From: Prorocentrum cordatum
Lineage: Eukaryota
Assembly: GCA_963575745.1 (NCBI GenBank)
Contig: CAUYUJ010000247.1
Location: 1-64,000 of the forward strand
Direction of reading: 5' to 3'
Length of the DNA: 64,000 bases
Of this stretch, positions 23,830 through 38,100 are shown in pieces. The notes under the pieces are model-generated. The model was not told where the DNA came from. It did no database searches and was given only the letters and a program-made list of their open reading frames with translations. A program made the position numbers and the translations under genes. The first letter of the stretch is position 1, and the number at the start of each line of letters is the position of its first letter.

Positions 23830-24320
23830 CTCTGCTTCCTCGCTCAGGCTCGCTCCTGCTCAGGCTCGCTCGCACTCAGGCGCGGTCATGCTCATACCCA
23901 CTCTAGCTCCGACTCCCTAGTACTCGGACTCCCTTGCATCCTCTTCCTCACTCAGACTCGGTCATACTCAGATTCGCGTGCACTCAGACTCGCTCACGGT
24001 CAGACTTAATCACACTCGTATTCACTCATATTCAGCCTCACCCATACTCAGACTCGCGTGCACTCAGACTAACCCATGGTCAGACTTAAGCACCATCAGC
24101 TTCACTCATACTCAGACTCACTCATACTCAGACCCTATCGCACTCAGGCTCACTCATGCTCAGACTTACTCACACTCAGAGTCACTCGCGTGCAGACTCA
24201 CTCATAACTCAGATTCACTCGCACACAGACTCACACGCAGAATCACTCTCATACTCAGACTCGCTCACCAGCCTCACTCGCACTCACTTGGACTTGCGAC
24301 ATACTCGCTCTCACTCTGTC
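23830..24320. repeat. Degenerate ACTCAG/ACTCAT hexamer array
   Basis: Direct inspection. Confidence 0.85.
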
Positions 24321-26678
24321 AGATCACGAGGATGTCTCAGGGCTTGGACGTCGGTGCTTTCGAACCGGAAGTGAGGATGTCTCAGCCGACGCGTTGGCTT
24401 CAGGACCCCACTTTGGGGGGGGGCGCCAGGGGTGGTTTCACGGCCTCGTTCGCGGCTAGGCCGCGGGAATTTCTCAGGCGGTTTGCTTGTCTGTTTGCTT
24501 GGACTCGGTGCTTTCAGGGCAGACTGTAAGGATGTCTCAGCCGATGTGCTGGCTTCAGCACTCCAAGTGGGACCCGCCAGGAATGGCCTCGCGGCCCCAT
24601 TCGCTGCCAGACTGCGGGGATGCCGCAGGCGGTTTGCCTAGCTGGCGGCCTGGGCTTTCGGTTCCTCTCGGCGGAGACCGTGGGGATGTCTCAGCCGACG
24701 CGCTGCTCTTGGCGCCCCCGAGGGGGGAGGGGGAAGCAGAGCCGAGGAACGCCATGCTCGCCCAGGGCCCCGCTCCGCAGGGGTCCCCGTCGTCTCGGGG
24801 CCGCCGGCGGCGCTCCGCAGTGGTCGGGCACGGAGAGAGCTCCCACCCACGACGAGTCGACGGAGGAAGCCCCGTGTGCGGGCTCGCTCGACACATTCGT
24901 ATTCGATGGCTTCTGTGCCGTCTCTCCCGTCGGTTTCGCCCCCTGGCGCTGCGTCTCGCCAGATACGGTCGGCTGTCTGGGACGTCGGTGAGCTACCCTC
25001 ACGTCGGGCATGCCCCTCTTTTTTATAATAATAATAATAATAATAATAATCATTATTATTATTATTATTATTATCATTTTTTTTTTTGTTTTTACAATTT
25101 GCCCGTAGGGGCACACGATCGACCTCAAGCTACCCCGCGAGACACTGCGAAGGCGCCAGGGTCTCAGGGGCGCCCCTGGGCCGCTCGCCCGCCTCCTGGG
25201 CCACGGCCCGCCGCGGGGGGCTGCGCTCCGGCTCCAGCCCCAGCCCCAGCCCCAGCTCTGGCCCCAGACATGCTCGCGTCGCCAGAAACAAAAAAACACG
25301 ACGGAAGGCTGTTTTCCGCCACGGGGCTGCGCTCCAGCTCCAGCCCCCAGCTCCAGCCCCAGCTCCAGCTTCAGCTCCAGCCCCAGCTCCAGCTTCAGCT
25401 CCAGCCCCAGCTCCGGCCCCAGACATGCTCGCGTTGCCAAGAGAAAGACCATACACGGCGGAAGACGTTTTGTAGTTTTCTCTTCCTGCTCCTCCTCTTT
25501 TTCTTCCTGGCTGCTCTCTGGCAACGGCCATTCAGCGTAGGTGTCGTCTGTGTCTTTAGTCTATGCTGGCTTCAGAGGCTCCTTCGAGGCCACGGCGGAT
25601 TACGACTGGGGGCCCTCTCACCAAGCCCCGAGAGGACCGTCAACTGAACGACTCGGGATGACGAGCTGGTCCCCGGGAGTGGGTCCAGACCGATGGGGTT
25701 GTGGACGACGATCATTGGAGAGGAAGCATGTAGCCAAATCATTTCCAGATGTCTGCAATGTTTGAAACATGTCTCAAACCTGTAAAAAGCATGTTTTCAG
25801 CATCGTTCCCACCTTTTCCAACATTGCTAACACATGCTTATGTCGATGGCAGGAGTGTCAGGGTGTCCATCGTCATGGCATCCGCGGCGATGGGGGCCCA
25901 CGCCGTGCCAAACTCATGGCGACGGGGCCTCGGCTCGGGGGGAGGGGGGAGGGGGGAGGGGGGGGAGGGGGGGAGGGGGGGAGGGGGGGGGGGGGAGGGG
26001 GGGAGGGGGGGGGGAGGGAGGGAGGGAGGGAGGGAGGGAGGGAAGGAGGGAGGAGGAGGAGGAGGAGGAGGAGGGGGGAGGAGGAGGAGGAGGAGGAGGA
26101 GGCGAGCCCCAACCCCAGCTCTGGGCCCCGAGCCCAGCTCCAGCTCCAGCCTCGGCCCCAGCTCCAGCTCCAGCCCCAGCTCCAGCCGCCAGCTGCAGCT
26201 GCCAGCGGAGGAGGAGGAGGAGGAGAAAGCACGAGGAGGAGAAGGAGGAGGAGGACAAGGAGGAAAACGGGGAGGAGGAGGATAAGATGGAGGAGAAGGA
26301 GGAGGAGGAGGTGGAAGCGCAGGAGGAGGAGGAGGAGAAGGAGGAGAAGGAGGAGAAGGAGGAGAAGGAGGAGGAGGAGGAGGAGAAGGAGAAGAGGGAG
26401 GCGGCGCAGGGGAGTCCAGGATCGGGGACCTCCTGGGCTCCGACGTTGCCAAAAAATGCGGCATCGCAAGAACTCACGACTGGAACCCTGGATCCAGTCT
26501 TTCTGCAGCTTTTCTCGAGCCAGATCGATCTGCGAGGGTCCCCAGGGCCCCGAAATCGGGTGAACACGCCCGTGGTGGAACATTGCAACGCTAGGATCTG
26601 GGGGAAGGGGAGGAGCCCAGGAGTTTGGGGGCTCGAGGGGAGGCCCGCGAACGCTTTGGCCGTTTTCGGGGCTGGGAG

Positions 26679-26738
26679 GGCCTTCGTGGCCGCGCAAGGT
26701 CACCCTGGAGGCCGTCGTGGACGCGATCTCGGCCGTAG
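26679..26738 (+). CDS. Host exon (GPSWPRKVTLEAVVDAISAV)
   Basis: AG|G, G|GC; phase 1 to phase 1. Confidence 0.6.
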   Translation, partial: GLRGRARSPWRPSWTRSRP

Positions 26739-26926
26739 GCTTCGGCGCCCAGGCTGGCTCCGGCGCCTCGCGCGCGCGCCCGCCTTCGGGGCTCGCGCGG
26801 CGGGGTCGGCGCTGCGGGGGTCCGCCAATCCCCTGTGGCCGACCGGGGTTTGGGAGTCACGCCTGGCCGCTCTCCCCTTGCAGCTCTCCGTGGACCTTGC
26901 TTGGTAGCCAGTGGGTCTGGGCCTCC

Positions 26927-27138
26927 TAGATGGGGTCCGAGTAGGTGGGGTCGAAAGATCCCGCCGCATCGCCGATGCATCGGCGGTTCGGTTTGATGCG
27001 GAGCCCGACTGTCTCCATGCCGACGGCGCCGATGCATCGTCCACGTCACCGATGCATCGCCGATGCATCAGCGATGCATCCGCGATGCATCTGCGATGCA
27101 GCGCGATCCTCCAACCCCATCTACTCGGACCCCATCCA
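26927..27138. mobile_element. MITE-like element with GATGCATC core
   Basis: ATGGGGTCCGAGTAGGTGGGGT / ACCCCATCTACTCGGACCCCAT inverted ends. Confidence 0.7.
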
Positions 27139-27347
27139 GTAGGCTTCTAGTGGGGCCGATTTCCCCTTTCCGCCCTCCGCTGGCCCTGGTTCTGGAGCTG
27201 CTAGAAGCGGTTGGCCCAGCTTCGCGAGGGGGCCTTGGTCGATCCGGCTTTGTGCTGACCCAGGCCTTCGGTCAGGATGCCGCATCGGTGCCGCAGTGCT
27301 TCGGAGATTTATGGCCCCGAGCGCTTCTCTCTTTCTGGATGCGGTAG

Positions 27348-27394
27348 GTTCATGCGGCGTTGGCGCGCTGGCGACTCTGGCGAAGGCGTTCAAG
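27348..27394 (+). CDS. Host exon (GSCGVGALATLAKAFK)
   Basis: Pyrimidine tract, TAG|G, AAG|GT. Confidence 0.6.
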
Positions 27395-29084
27395 GTTAAA
27401 TTCTGCGATGCGAAAGCATCCAGGGTCACGGTGACGCCACTGGACCCGACGGAATTCAACCTTGAACGATCGGGACCGCGATCGATTCAAGAGTGAACGA
27501 TCCGCATGGTGTCATAAATCTTGTCGCGCGCGGACGCCGCACGAACCTACTGTATTTTAGAAAACATATGTATTCCGCTTCTTTTATTTTTACAAGCTGG
27601 GGGGATGGGACCCCCCCCGCAAAAACCAGACGCACAGGATCTGGGGTTTCCGGGCCCCCCGGACATCCTTGCCAGAGGTCTCCCGGCTCATCCCAAACCT
27701 CCCAGGGCACTTAGCCTGGTCCTGCCAGCAGGCCCCAAGCGACCAGAGCGGTGACCAGTGAGGCCGATGAGAGACCCAAGACAGCACAAGAGCGCTCCAA
27801 GAAGGACCCAGATGGCCTCCAGAGGCCCCCAAGACGGCCCAGGAGGCCCTCAACAGGAGTCCCAGAACGCAAACATCGCTTCATTCCTTCAGGGATACAT
27901 GGATTTTCAGCCCATTCGCTGTTCGGGTCTTAGCAGCGTCCAAAACAGCCAAAAAGGTTCCCAGTATCGCACCAAGACGGCCCATGAGACCCCCAAGAGA
28001 GCCTCCAGACGGCCTGGGCGGCCCCATTACTGCCCAAGGAAGCCCCAACTGAGCGAAAAAGAGGCCCACCAGGCCTTCACAAGGCCTTCAAGAGAAGCCC
28101 AAGAAGGCCATGGGAGGCCCCCAACAAGGCCATGGGAGGCAGGGCAGCGAGTCGAAGAGCACAGAAAGGCATAAACATTAGTTTCTCGGAGGTCCGCGCG
28201 GATTTCTTGGACCAGCCTCGGACCCTCCTGGCGGCGCCTTCGGCGCCGCCCCTGGCACACTCCGCGCGCGAGGGAGGGGGGGCAAGCACCGATCCGCGAA
28301 ATCCGCGCGGACCTTCGCCAACTTGTGTTTTAAGCCGTTACTTCTGAGTCGGGCATGTCCCTCTACAGGAGAAGTATTTAAGACAGTCAAGAAATAGTCT
28401 GGGGACGATTGTTCGACCATTTTGGGATATTTGTTGGACATTTTTCGACTGTCTGTAATGTTTCTTCTGGAGCCCGCCTGTATGGGGGATACGTCCTACC
28501 CAGCGTTACTCGTTCCTGCAGAGGGGGTTGGGGGACCTGGCTCAGGTGTTTCCGCATGTGTCCGTCGCTCCTCGGCGGGCTTCCAGCCTCGCAAGGCTCT
28601 GCAGCAGCTGCGCGCGTCGCCGAGGGGCGTCCAGAGGGGTGCCCGGAGCGCCCCCAGCGGCCGCCAGAGACCAGGACCGTGGCCCGAGAGCCTCGGGGGC
28701 GGCCAGGAGGGGTGGGATGGCCAGGGGGGGGGGTATCGTGGCGGGGGCCAGGACGCCTCCCCAGAGCTCATGGCGCCTCTCCTTATCTCATGACGTTCCT
28801 GCCCCCCCCCCCTTGGGCCGCGGACCTGCCGGCTGGCCATGATCTGCACTCCCAGTTCTTTGTTGGGCTCATGAGAAACACGGAAAAACGACAGGTTCCC
28901 GAGGCTGGATGGTGCCGCAGTGATATTCTCCCCCCCCCCCCCCCCTCTTTGACCCCCCCCCTCTCGTGGCCGCCCCCCGAGAGCCAGGCGACGAGGCCTC
29001 GAGCCTCGACCGTCGAGCCGCAGTCCTCGCTCTCGCCGCCGCCGCCGTTCGTCGCCGCCGTCGTCGCCGCCGCCGCCGTTGTCA

Positions 29085-29179
<95 letters not shown>

Positions 29180-29236
29180 ACCGTCCGTCGTCGCCGTCGC
29201 CGTCGCCGTCCGTCGTCCGCCGTCGTCGCCCGCGAG

Positions 29237-29336
29237 GCCGCCTGCGAGACCTCGGAGCACCCCTCCACCTTCGCGGTCCGCCTGCTCCCCGGAGTTGGCC
29301 GGCAGGAGCTGCGAGACGCGCTGGCGGCCATCCCGG
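29237..29336 (+). CDS. Host exon (AACETSEHPSTFAVRLLPGVGRQELRDALAAIP)
   Basis: AG|G, G|GC; phase-compatible on both sides. Confidence 0.65.
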
Positions 29337-30262
29337 GCGCGCCCGCTGCGCCGCGCACCGTCGGCGTCGTCGGCCTCAGCGGCTGCGTCGTCGTGGTCTG
29401 GGCCGTCTGCGTGGGCGTCGTCGCGGTCGTGGTCGATGTCGTCGCCGTGGTGGTGGTGGTGGTGGTGGTCGTGCTCGTGGTCGTGGTCGTCTTTGCCGTT
29501 GTGGCCGCGGGCCCTGGTCGTGGTCGCCGTTGTCGCCCTGCCCCTCCCTGCCCCTCCCTTCTCCTCCCTGCCCCTCCCTTCTCCTCCCTCCCCCCCTCTC
29601 TCCTCCGTCCTCCCTCCCTCGCTCCCTCCTCTGTCCTTCTTCTTTCCCCTCTCCCTCTCCTCCCTGGAGGCCCTGCTCTCCCTTCCTCTCTCCGTCCTTC
29701 TCGTCCTCCCACGTGCGCCGTCACGTGCGCTGGCGCACTCGGCGCACTCCGCGTGCGTCAACACGTGGGAGGCACCCGGATCGTCGGGAGGGCGAATCTT
29801 CAAACATAGTTACAAAAATAGTCAGAGGACGATTTTCCGAATCTTTTTTTTGTGTTGAGTATTGTTTTTGGGTGTGTTTTTTTTCGCCCAAGAGCCCCCT
29901 GTAGGAGGACATGCCCGACCTAAGACTTGGCACACGTGCTGCACCTGGCGCGTCTGGCACTCCTGGCGCTCTTGGGCACGTGGCGCACCCGATGCGCGTT
30001 GCGCCCCTCCACCTCGCGACCGTGGCGCACCTGGCGTCGGCAGCAGGTCCAGATGGCTGTGCCGGGTTGCCACCTGCGTGTGCGGTGGGAGGGTGGATCC
30101 ATTCCAACAGTGGGAGGGCGGGAGGGGATGGCCGAGACAGCCTGCGATGTTCCATCTGGGCACATTCCCTCCTCTCCCCTCTCATCTCTCCTTTCCACCC
30201 TGCGCCCTGCCTCCTTCCCCGCTCTCTGTCCTTTGGTAGGCGGCACAAGGCCTAGCTGGACA

Positions 30263-32220
<1,958 letters not shown>

Positions 32221-32293
32221 CGGGCGGGGGGTGAGGGCGGATGCAGACTGAGAAGGGCGCCGCCGTCGTCGCCATCGTCACCCTCCGCGGGAG

Positions 32294-32358
32294 GCACGCA
32301 CGGGCTGGCCGAGGTCAACGGGCAGCTGCGGGTGTTCTACTTCCCGTTCGTCGTGGGG
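32294..32358 (+). CDS. Host exon (GTHGLAEVNGQLRVFYFPFVVG)
   Basis: AG|G, G|GC; strong third-position GC. Confidence 0.65.
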
Positions 32359-32874
32359 GCTCGTACGGCACCGCCCGCCCCTTCCCTCTTTCCAGGAGGG
32401 CGCTCGCTCGCTCGGGGGCCATGCACCAGACAGAGAATGAGCGAGAAGTCGGGTTCAAGCAGTCACAGGGGGTAATCGATTCAACGCTGCGCCGGCCAAA
32501 CAGTGCAAGAAGGGGGCAAGAGGAAGAGGAGGAGGAGGAGGAGGAGGAGGAGGAGGAGGAGGAGCAACGCGCAACGACAGTTCTGATTCGGGCGCCCTGC
32601 GGATCTCGAACCGATGCGCGGGCAGGCCACGGAGCACCGTGCCTCATCTCGTAGGAAGGCGGGCGAGAAGCCCAACATCGTCCACGGCACAAGATCGACT
32701 TCGAGTCTGAGTGCTTCCCGGAGCCCGCTCTGCAGGGCCTTGCCTTCCCTGCCTGGGGAGGAGCGGCCTGGGTGGCGGCACGAGTCGTGGCCTTGGCCTC
32801 CGAAAGGACAGCCAGTGTGTATTCCCTCTCTTCCTCACTCTTACCTCTCTTTACCGCTGCCCCTGTCGGCTCAG

Positions 32875-32901
32875 GTATTGGAGCATCCACGCTGGATGCA
32901 G
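32875..32901 (+). CDS. Candidate 27-nt host micro-exon (VLEHPRWMQ)
   Basis: Pyrimidine tract, CAG|G, CAG|GA; phase 0-0. Confidence 0.4.
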
Positions 32902-33084
32902 GACTGAGCAGCGCTGAGGGAGAAAATCCTTCCATCGCTGTCGTCCTTCCTCTATCTACGGATCCCCTCCGGTCGGACGTTTAGGCCCTTCGTTTCCTTC
33001 CCTTCGTTCACAGCCGGGCAGGAAGACGCGGGATGCGAACACGACCGGGGCTCCTGTCTCAGCGTGTCGCTCCGCCGCTTCCAG

Positions 33085-33135
33085 GCCCATCACCCTTCGG
33101 CGGCGCTGCACGCCGTCCACGTCCTGGTCCCCAAG
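33085..33135 (+). CDS. Host exon (AHHPSAALHAVHVLVPK)
   Basis: CAG|G, AAG|GC; phase 0-0. Confidence 0.55.
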
Positions 33136-35103
33136 GCGTCTACGCCTCGAGCTTCTCCCGGCCTCCCACCCCGCAGGGTGGAGCGACGCGCTGTCCGCTC
33201 GCAGGGCATGGCGTGTCGCCGTTGCCGCTGCGGCGGCAGGCTGTGCACAAGTTCCTGACCGTGCGTCGTTCCACTGCTCCTCTGGGCCGCTCCAGAGAGA
33301 CAGCGGCGCCCCCGTCGCGTCCCCTGTCTGGACTCCTCCGGCCCTCCGAGATCCCCTGCAGAGGTTCGTGCCCGGCTTCTTGTCAGTCCCCGCCGCCGTC
33401 TCGCCGTGATGGAAACAGGTCCTGAGGGAACGGGGCCCTGAGGTTTATCACAGTTTTCGGGCCTTCGGGGCCCACCACGGCCCCAGGATCGCCAGCAAAA
33501 CGGTTCAGGAGGAAAGCCTTGTGCCGGGGGGAGGCCCCAGTGTCCAGGACCCGTTTCCCCGAGGACCCGTTCCCCCCATGCTAAACAGGAGGAGTATACA
33601 AAAATAGTTTAAAAATAGTCTGGGGACTATTTTGTCCATTTTTGAATATATTTATGCTATTTTTAGGGGTATAGTTTCTTTTTCGTCCAAAATCGGCCTG
33701 TAGGGGGACAGGCCCGACTTAATGCTAACCGTCTCAGACATGGGGGGGAGGGGCGCGAGAGGCATTGGGATGGGTGGGCAGGGCAGTCCGTAGCCACGAT
33801 GGCAATCCTGGGCAGGAGAGCGGAGTGGGAGGGTGGGGGAGGCGAGACACTGATGTGAGGTGGGGGACTCAAGGGAGGAGGAGGAGGAGGAGGAGGAGGA
33901 GGAGGAGGAGGAGGAGAAGAAGGAGGAGGAGGAGGAGGCAGGAGGAGGAGGAGGATGAGGAGGACGAGGAGGAGGAGGAGGACGAGGAGGAAGAGGAGGA
34001 GGAGGAGGAGGAGGAATAATAACAAAACAAAAGAAAATACTAATATTCATTTTCGTAACAATAGTAGTGAGACAACCAAGAATATCAACACAATGAAGAA
34101 CACGAGCAGTAACAACAATACTAATAATACTACTAATAATTCTACTTCTATTAAGACTACTACTAATAATACTATTATTCTTAATTCTAATAATAATCAA
34201 AACTAATCAAACTGCGAATGCTAATAACAATACTATTAAATAATAAAAATAGTAGTCAACAATAATAATGAACTTAGTAAACCTAATACAACGAATACTA
34301 CTACTACTACTACTACTACTAATATTAAAACTAATACTACCACAAATACTAATAACAATACTACTACTAGTAATAATAATCATAGTAATAATACTACTAA
34401 TACTAATAATAATAACATTATTAGTCATACTAATACTATTACTGATAATAATGCCACTAAAAATTCATATTCATACTATTAATGTTACTAATACTACTAC
34501 TAATAATGATAACACTAAGAATAATGACAATACTACTACTACTACTAATAGGAATACGAATCATAGCACTACTCATACTACCAATACTATTGCTAACAGC
34601 AATACTAATAGCAATACTAACAATGATACGACTAATAATACAAATAATAACGTTGGTAATGCTAATAATACTACTAATAACAATACGAGCTAATAATAAC
34701 AATGCGAATAATAATACTAGTAGTACTACTACCAATAATAAACTAATTATCACAACGATAAAACTAATATCAGTACTAATAAGTATACTGATACTGCTAC
34801 TAATGATAGTAATACTATTAAGGAGAAAAAAGGGGAGGAGGAGGAGGAGGAGGAGGAGGAGGAGGAGGAGGAGGAGGAGGAGGAGGAGGAGGAGGGAGGA
34901 GGGAGGAGGGATGAGGGAGGAAGGAGGCGGGAGGCGGGAGGCGGGAGGCGGGAGGCGGGAGGAGGGAGGAGGCAGGAGGGAGGCGGGAGGAGGGAGGAGG
35001 GAGGACGGAGGAGGGAGGACGGAGGAGGGAAGAGGAGGAGGAGGAGGAGGAGGAGGAGGAGACCGTAGCCCCCTAGGAGGAGGAGGAGGAGGAGGAGGAG
35101 GAG

Positions 35104-38100
35104 ACCGTAGCCCCCTAGCTCAATCCTGGATGAAGCCTCCACGGCTCGAAGTGGCGCAGAGTCCTTTTTGTGCATACGCGCCCGCACTGCAGCCATGGGC
35201 CATAGCAGGGCCGCGGGCAGGCTGCGGAACCTCGCATGTCCACTCGGGCGGAGATGGGTGGACGTTCGGACGGCAAAAGCAGATGCAAAGCGAGAGGCAA
35301 GGGCAAGGACAAGCAGACCCAGGCCAAAGCCCCGCTCATGCCTCGTGGAGCGCCAACGCCGTCGAGCCAGACCGACTACCCATGGCAATGCATGGGTTGT
35401 TCTGTGAATGTGAATATGTGTCATCAGTGGTTCTGGCAGTGCGGTCAGCATTGGGAGAGCACCATGGCGAACTCCCCCATGAACTCAGGCCACACTGGGG
35501 TCAATAATGATTTCTTCACTAAGGATAATGATAATAAGGGGAATCCGCAGGGACCGCACATATATCTCCTGCAACACACTTACGACATGCTGAAGGCAAC
35601 TTAGTCGAAGAGTGAGTCCTACGGCGCCGAATTGCAGGAGTCGGAGGCAGCGGAGGCAGTGGAGGCTGCCATGAGGAGGCTTCGACGCCAACGCGATTCG
35701 GAGAAATGTGCAGTCCAATTGTCTCAGGCAGCAACAACTCGAGCAGCAAGAGGCCTACGTGTTGAAGCAGGAACAAATTTTGGACGACCTGAATGTGAGG
35801 ATAGCTTTGGTGGAAGAGGATTTGGCTCGTGATGAGCTCGAGGCCAAAGTCATGATGCTGATGAGCTAGGCCCCTTCTTGCGCGTCCTCTCCCATTGGAG
35901 TCGTTGCAGATCCGCATGACATTGTGGCGCCGCCAGGCCTCGTCAGCCCTTGCGTGCGCGCGGGAGGCAAGGGGGCGACAATGGCGGCGCTCAGCGGGGT
36001 GCCGAGTCTGTCTGACATGAGGCGCTACCTGCAGGGACTCAACAACCTGAGTGTGGAACTTTATCCAGCCCTTCGGGCTGGGCTGAACGAGCACTGGCCG
36101 CCTATGCCAGCTCTGCACGTGCTGAAGGCAACCTCCCTATGGCCTGCCCGCGTCGTGAGGGGCGCCAGGGGGCGGCCGAGACCACGTCGGAGCGCGCGGG
36201 GGCCACCGGCGCCGAGGCGGAGGCAGCTGCGTCTGAGAGCTCGGAGATGCAGCGGGCCCCGCTGCCATGCCGCCGCGCGGCAGCGGATGCGGGGCGCGAG
36301 GCGGGGGCTTCAGCGGCGCATCGCCGCCGCGAGGAAGGTGAGGCGGAGGCCGAGGGCGACCCGCCCTGCGGGTAACCTTCGACAGCCTTGTGGCAGAGGA
36401 GGCCAGCTCATCATTCAGACGGTGAACGCCAAGTCTTGGAGCAGTGCGTCGGCCATCGTGGAGTCCACCAGCGCCCGCGTCGTACTCGTTCAGGAACATG
36501 GGCAGCATGGTCGGCCTCTTCTGGAGGCGAAAGAGTTCTTGTGCAAGCGGGGGTGGGGCAGTTTTCGGGCTTCTCGTAAGGTCGCCCGACGAGGTGGCGA
36601 GAGTGCTGGAGTCTGCTCTCTCGCTCGCGCGCGCGTGCATGTCTGGCAGCCCCCCTCGAGCCGTCAGCCCCGATTGCGGTTTTCAGGATTGCCCGCTGTA
36701 GAAGGAAGTCCTTGGGTTCAAATTCCATGTTGAAATTACTGGACAGGCGGGGCTGGCCTTGAGTGGAAAATCCCCGTCTGGCCTAGATGCTGGGGCAGGA
36801 CGTCGCTCGTCGGAACCTCTTGCGCATCTCGGCTGAGGGTCGCCGTCTTGAACATCATCTGTTTCGGGCAGGTGTGTGCCCGCGTGAGCTGAATGGCCAG
36901 TTCTGTATTCCGACTCTCTTTCAGACCTGCCGGTCTAGCGCGCCGGGCCGCTGCTGGGATTATTTCCTGGTCTCCAAGCAGCTGCTGCCTTCCGTGCGTC
37001 GAGGCGGTGTGGGCCGACCTTGATCGAGATATTTGCCCGCGTTGCCCCGTGGAGCTCAGATCCTGAGAAGGCCTCGACAAACTTATGGTTCAGAGGCTCC
37101 TGAAGTACCAGGGGCCCCCCGTGGGCCCCCCCATGGGGCCTGCCCCGCGGTGGCCCCGGTCAGAGGAGGCCATGATGCAAGTCGAGGTCTCCGGGGACTT
37201 ATATACCCAGGGAATCGGGGCGTTTTGGGCTGCAGCAGATTCTGGATCAACTTCGTGGGGATTGCTGTGAAGTTTCTTGAGCGAGCTCAGATGCGGGCTC
37301 CAGAGTTTTCTAGGAGAGCGCCACGGAGGTCTGCCGCGTGACACTGTCGAGGCCCCAGTGGCCGAGATTTTGTACACTGGGCGCTCCTCGACTCGCGGCC
37401 CTTATGAGGCTTTGAGAGGGTTGTCGCTGCGCTTAGGCGAGATTCGAAGCCCGACCGAGAGGCAAGCTCGAGGCGCGCAACCAGTTTTTCAGCAGCTTGC
37501 CCCAGTTCCTTTCAAGGCCTTGCAGAAAGGATGCGTTCTTAAATGCAATTGCCCTGGGGGCCAGGTTCTGGTGTGGGTGCCTTAAGGCAGCTCTGGTTCC
37601 GCTTAGGAATTTTTTCTGATATCACGCAGAAGCGATTCGTGCTCTTGAGGATCTCAGGACCCTTGTGAATCATTGTGCCTCTTTAGCTTTGTGTCGAGAG
37701 GAGGCCCATCGCTCGGCCTTGTGGAGAGATCGGTGCGCTCCAGCCCCCAGTGGTGGAGCCAAGTGGGCACGCGCCTACGCGGGCGCTGCGGAAAATGGGA
37801 GGCAAGATTTGTCCCCTGCAGATGATGGAGAAGCCGCATCATGTCTGTCCTCGTAGCTGTCGCAGGAGGTCGCCACTTGGTCAGGGGCTTGGGGTGTGAA
37901 TACTGGAGCCAGGGGCTCCGGGGTGCCCCAGTGGCCCCGGGGCATGATCATCTTTGGAGCTCCCGGAGGCTGCCGACGTTGTCAAGATCCCTCACTGCTT
38001 CAAGAGGGCCACCGCTGCTGCAGATGGCAGTCGCCCCAGGCGCTGCCATCTTCTATGCGAGCCAGCCCTGAAGTGCTTGAGCTGTAATTTCGGTATTCTG

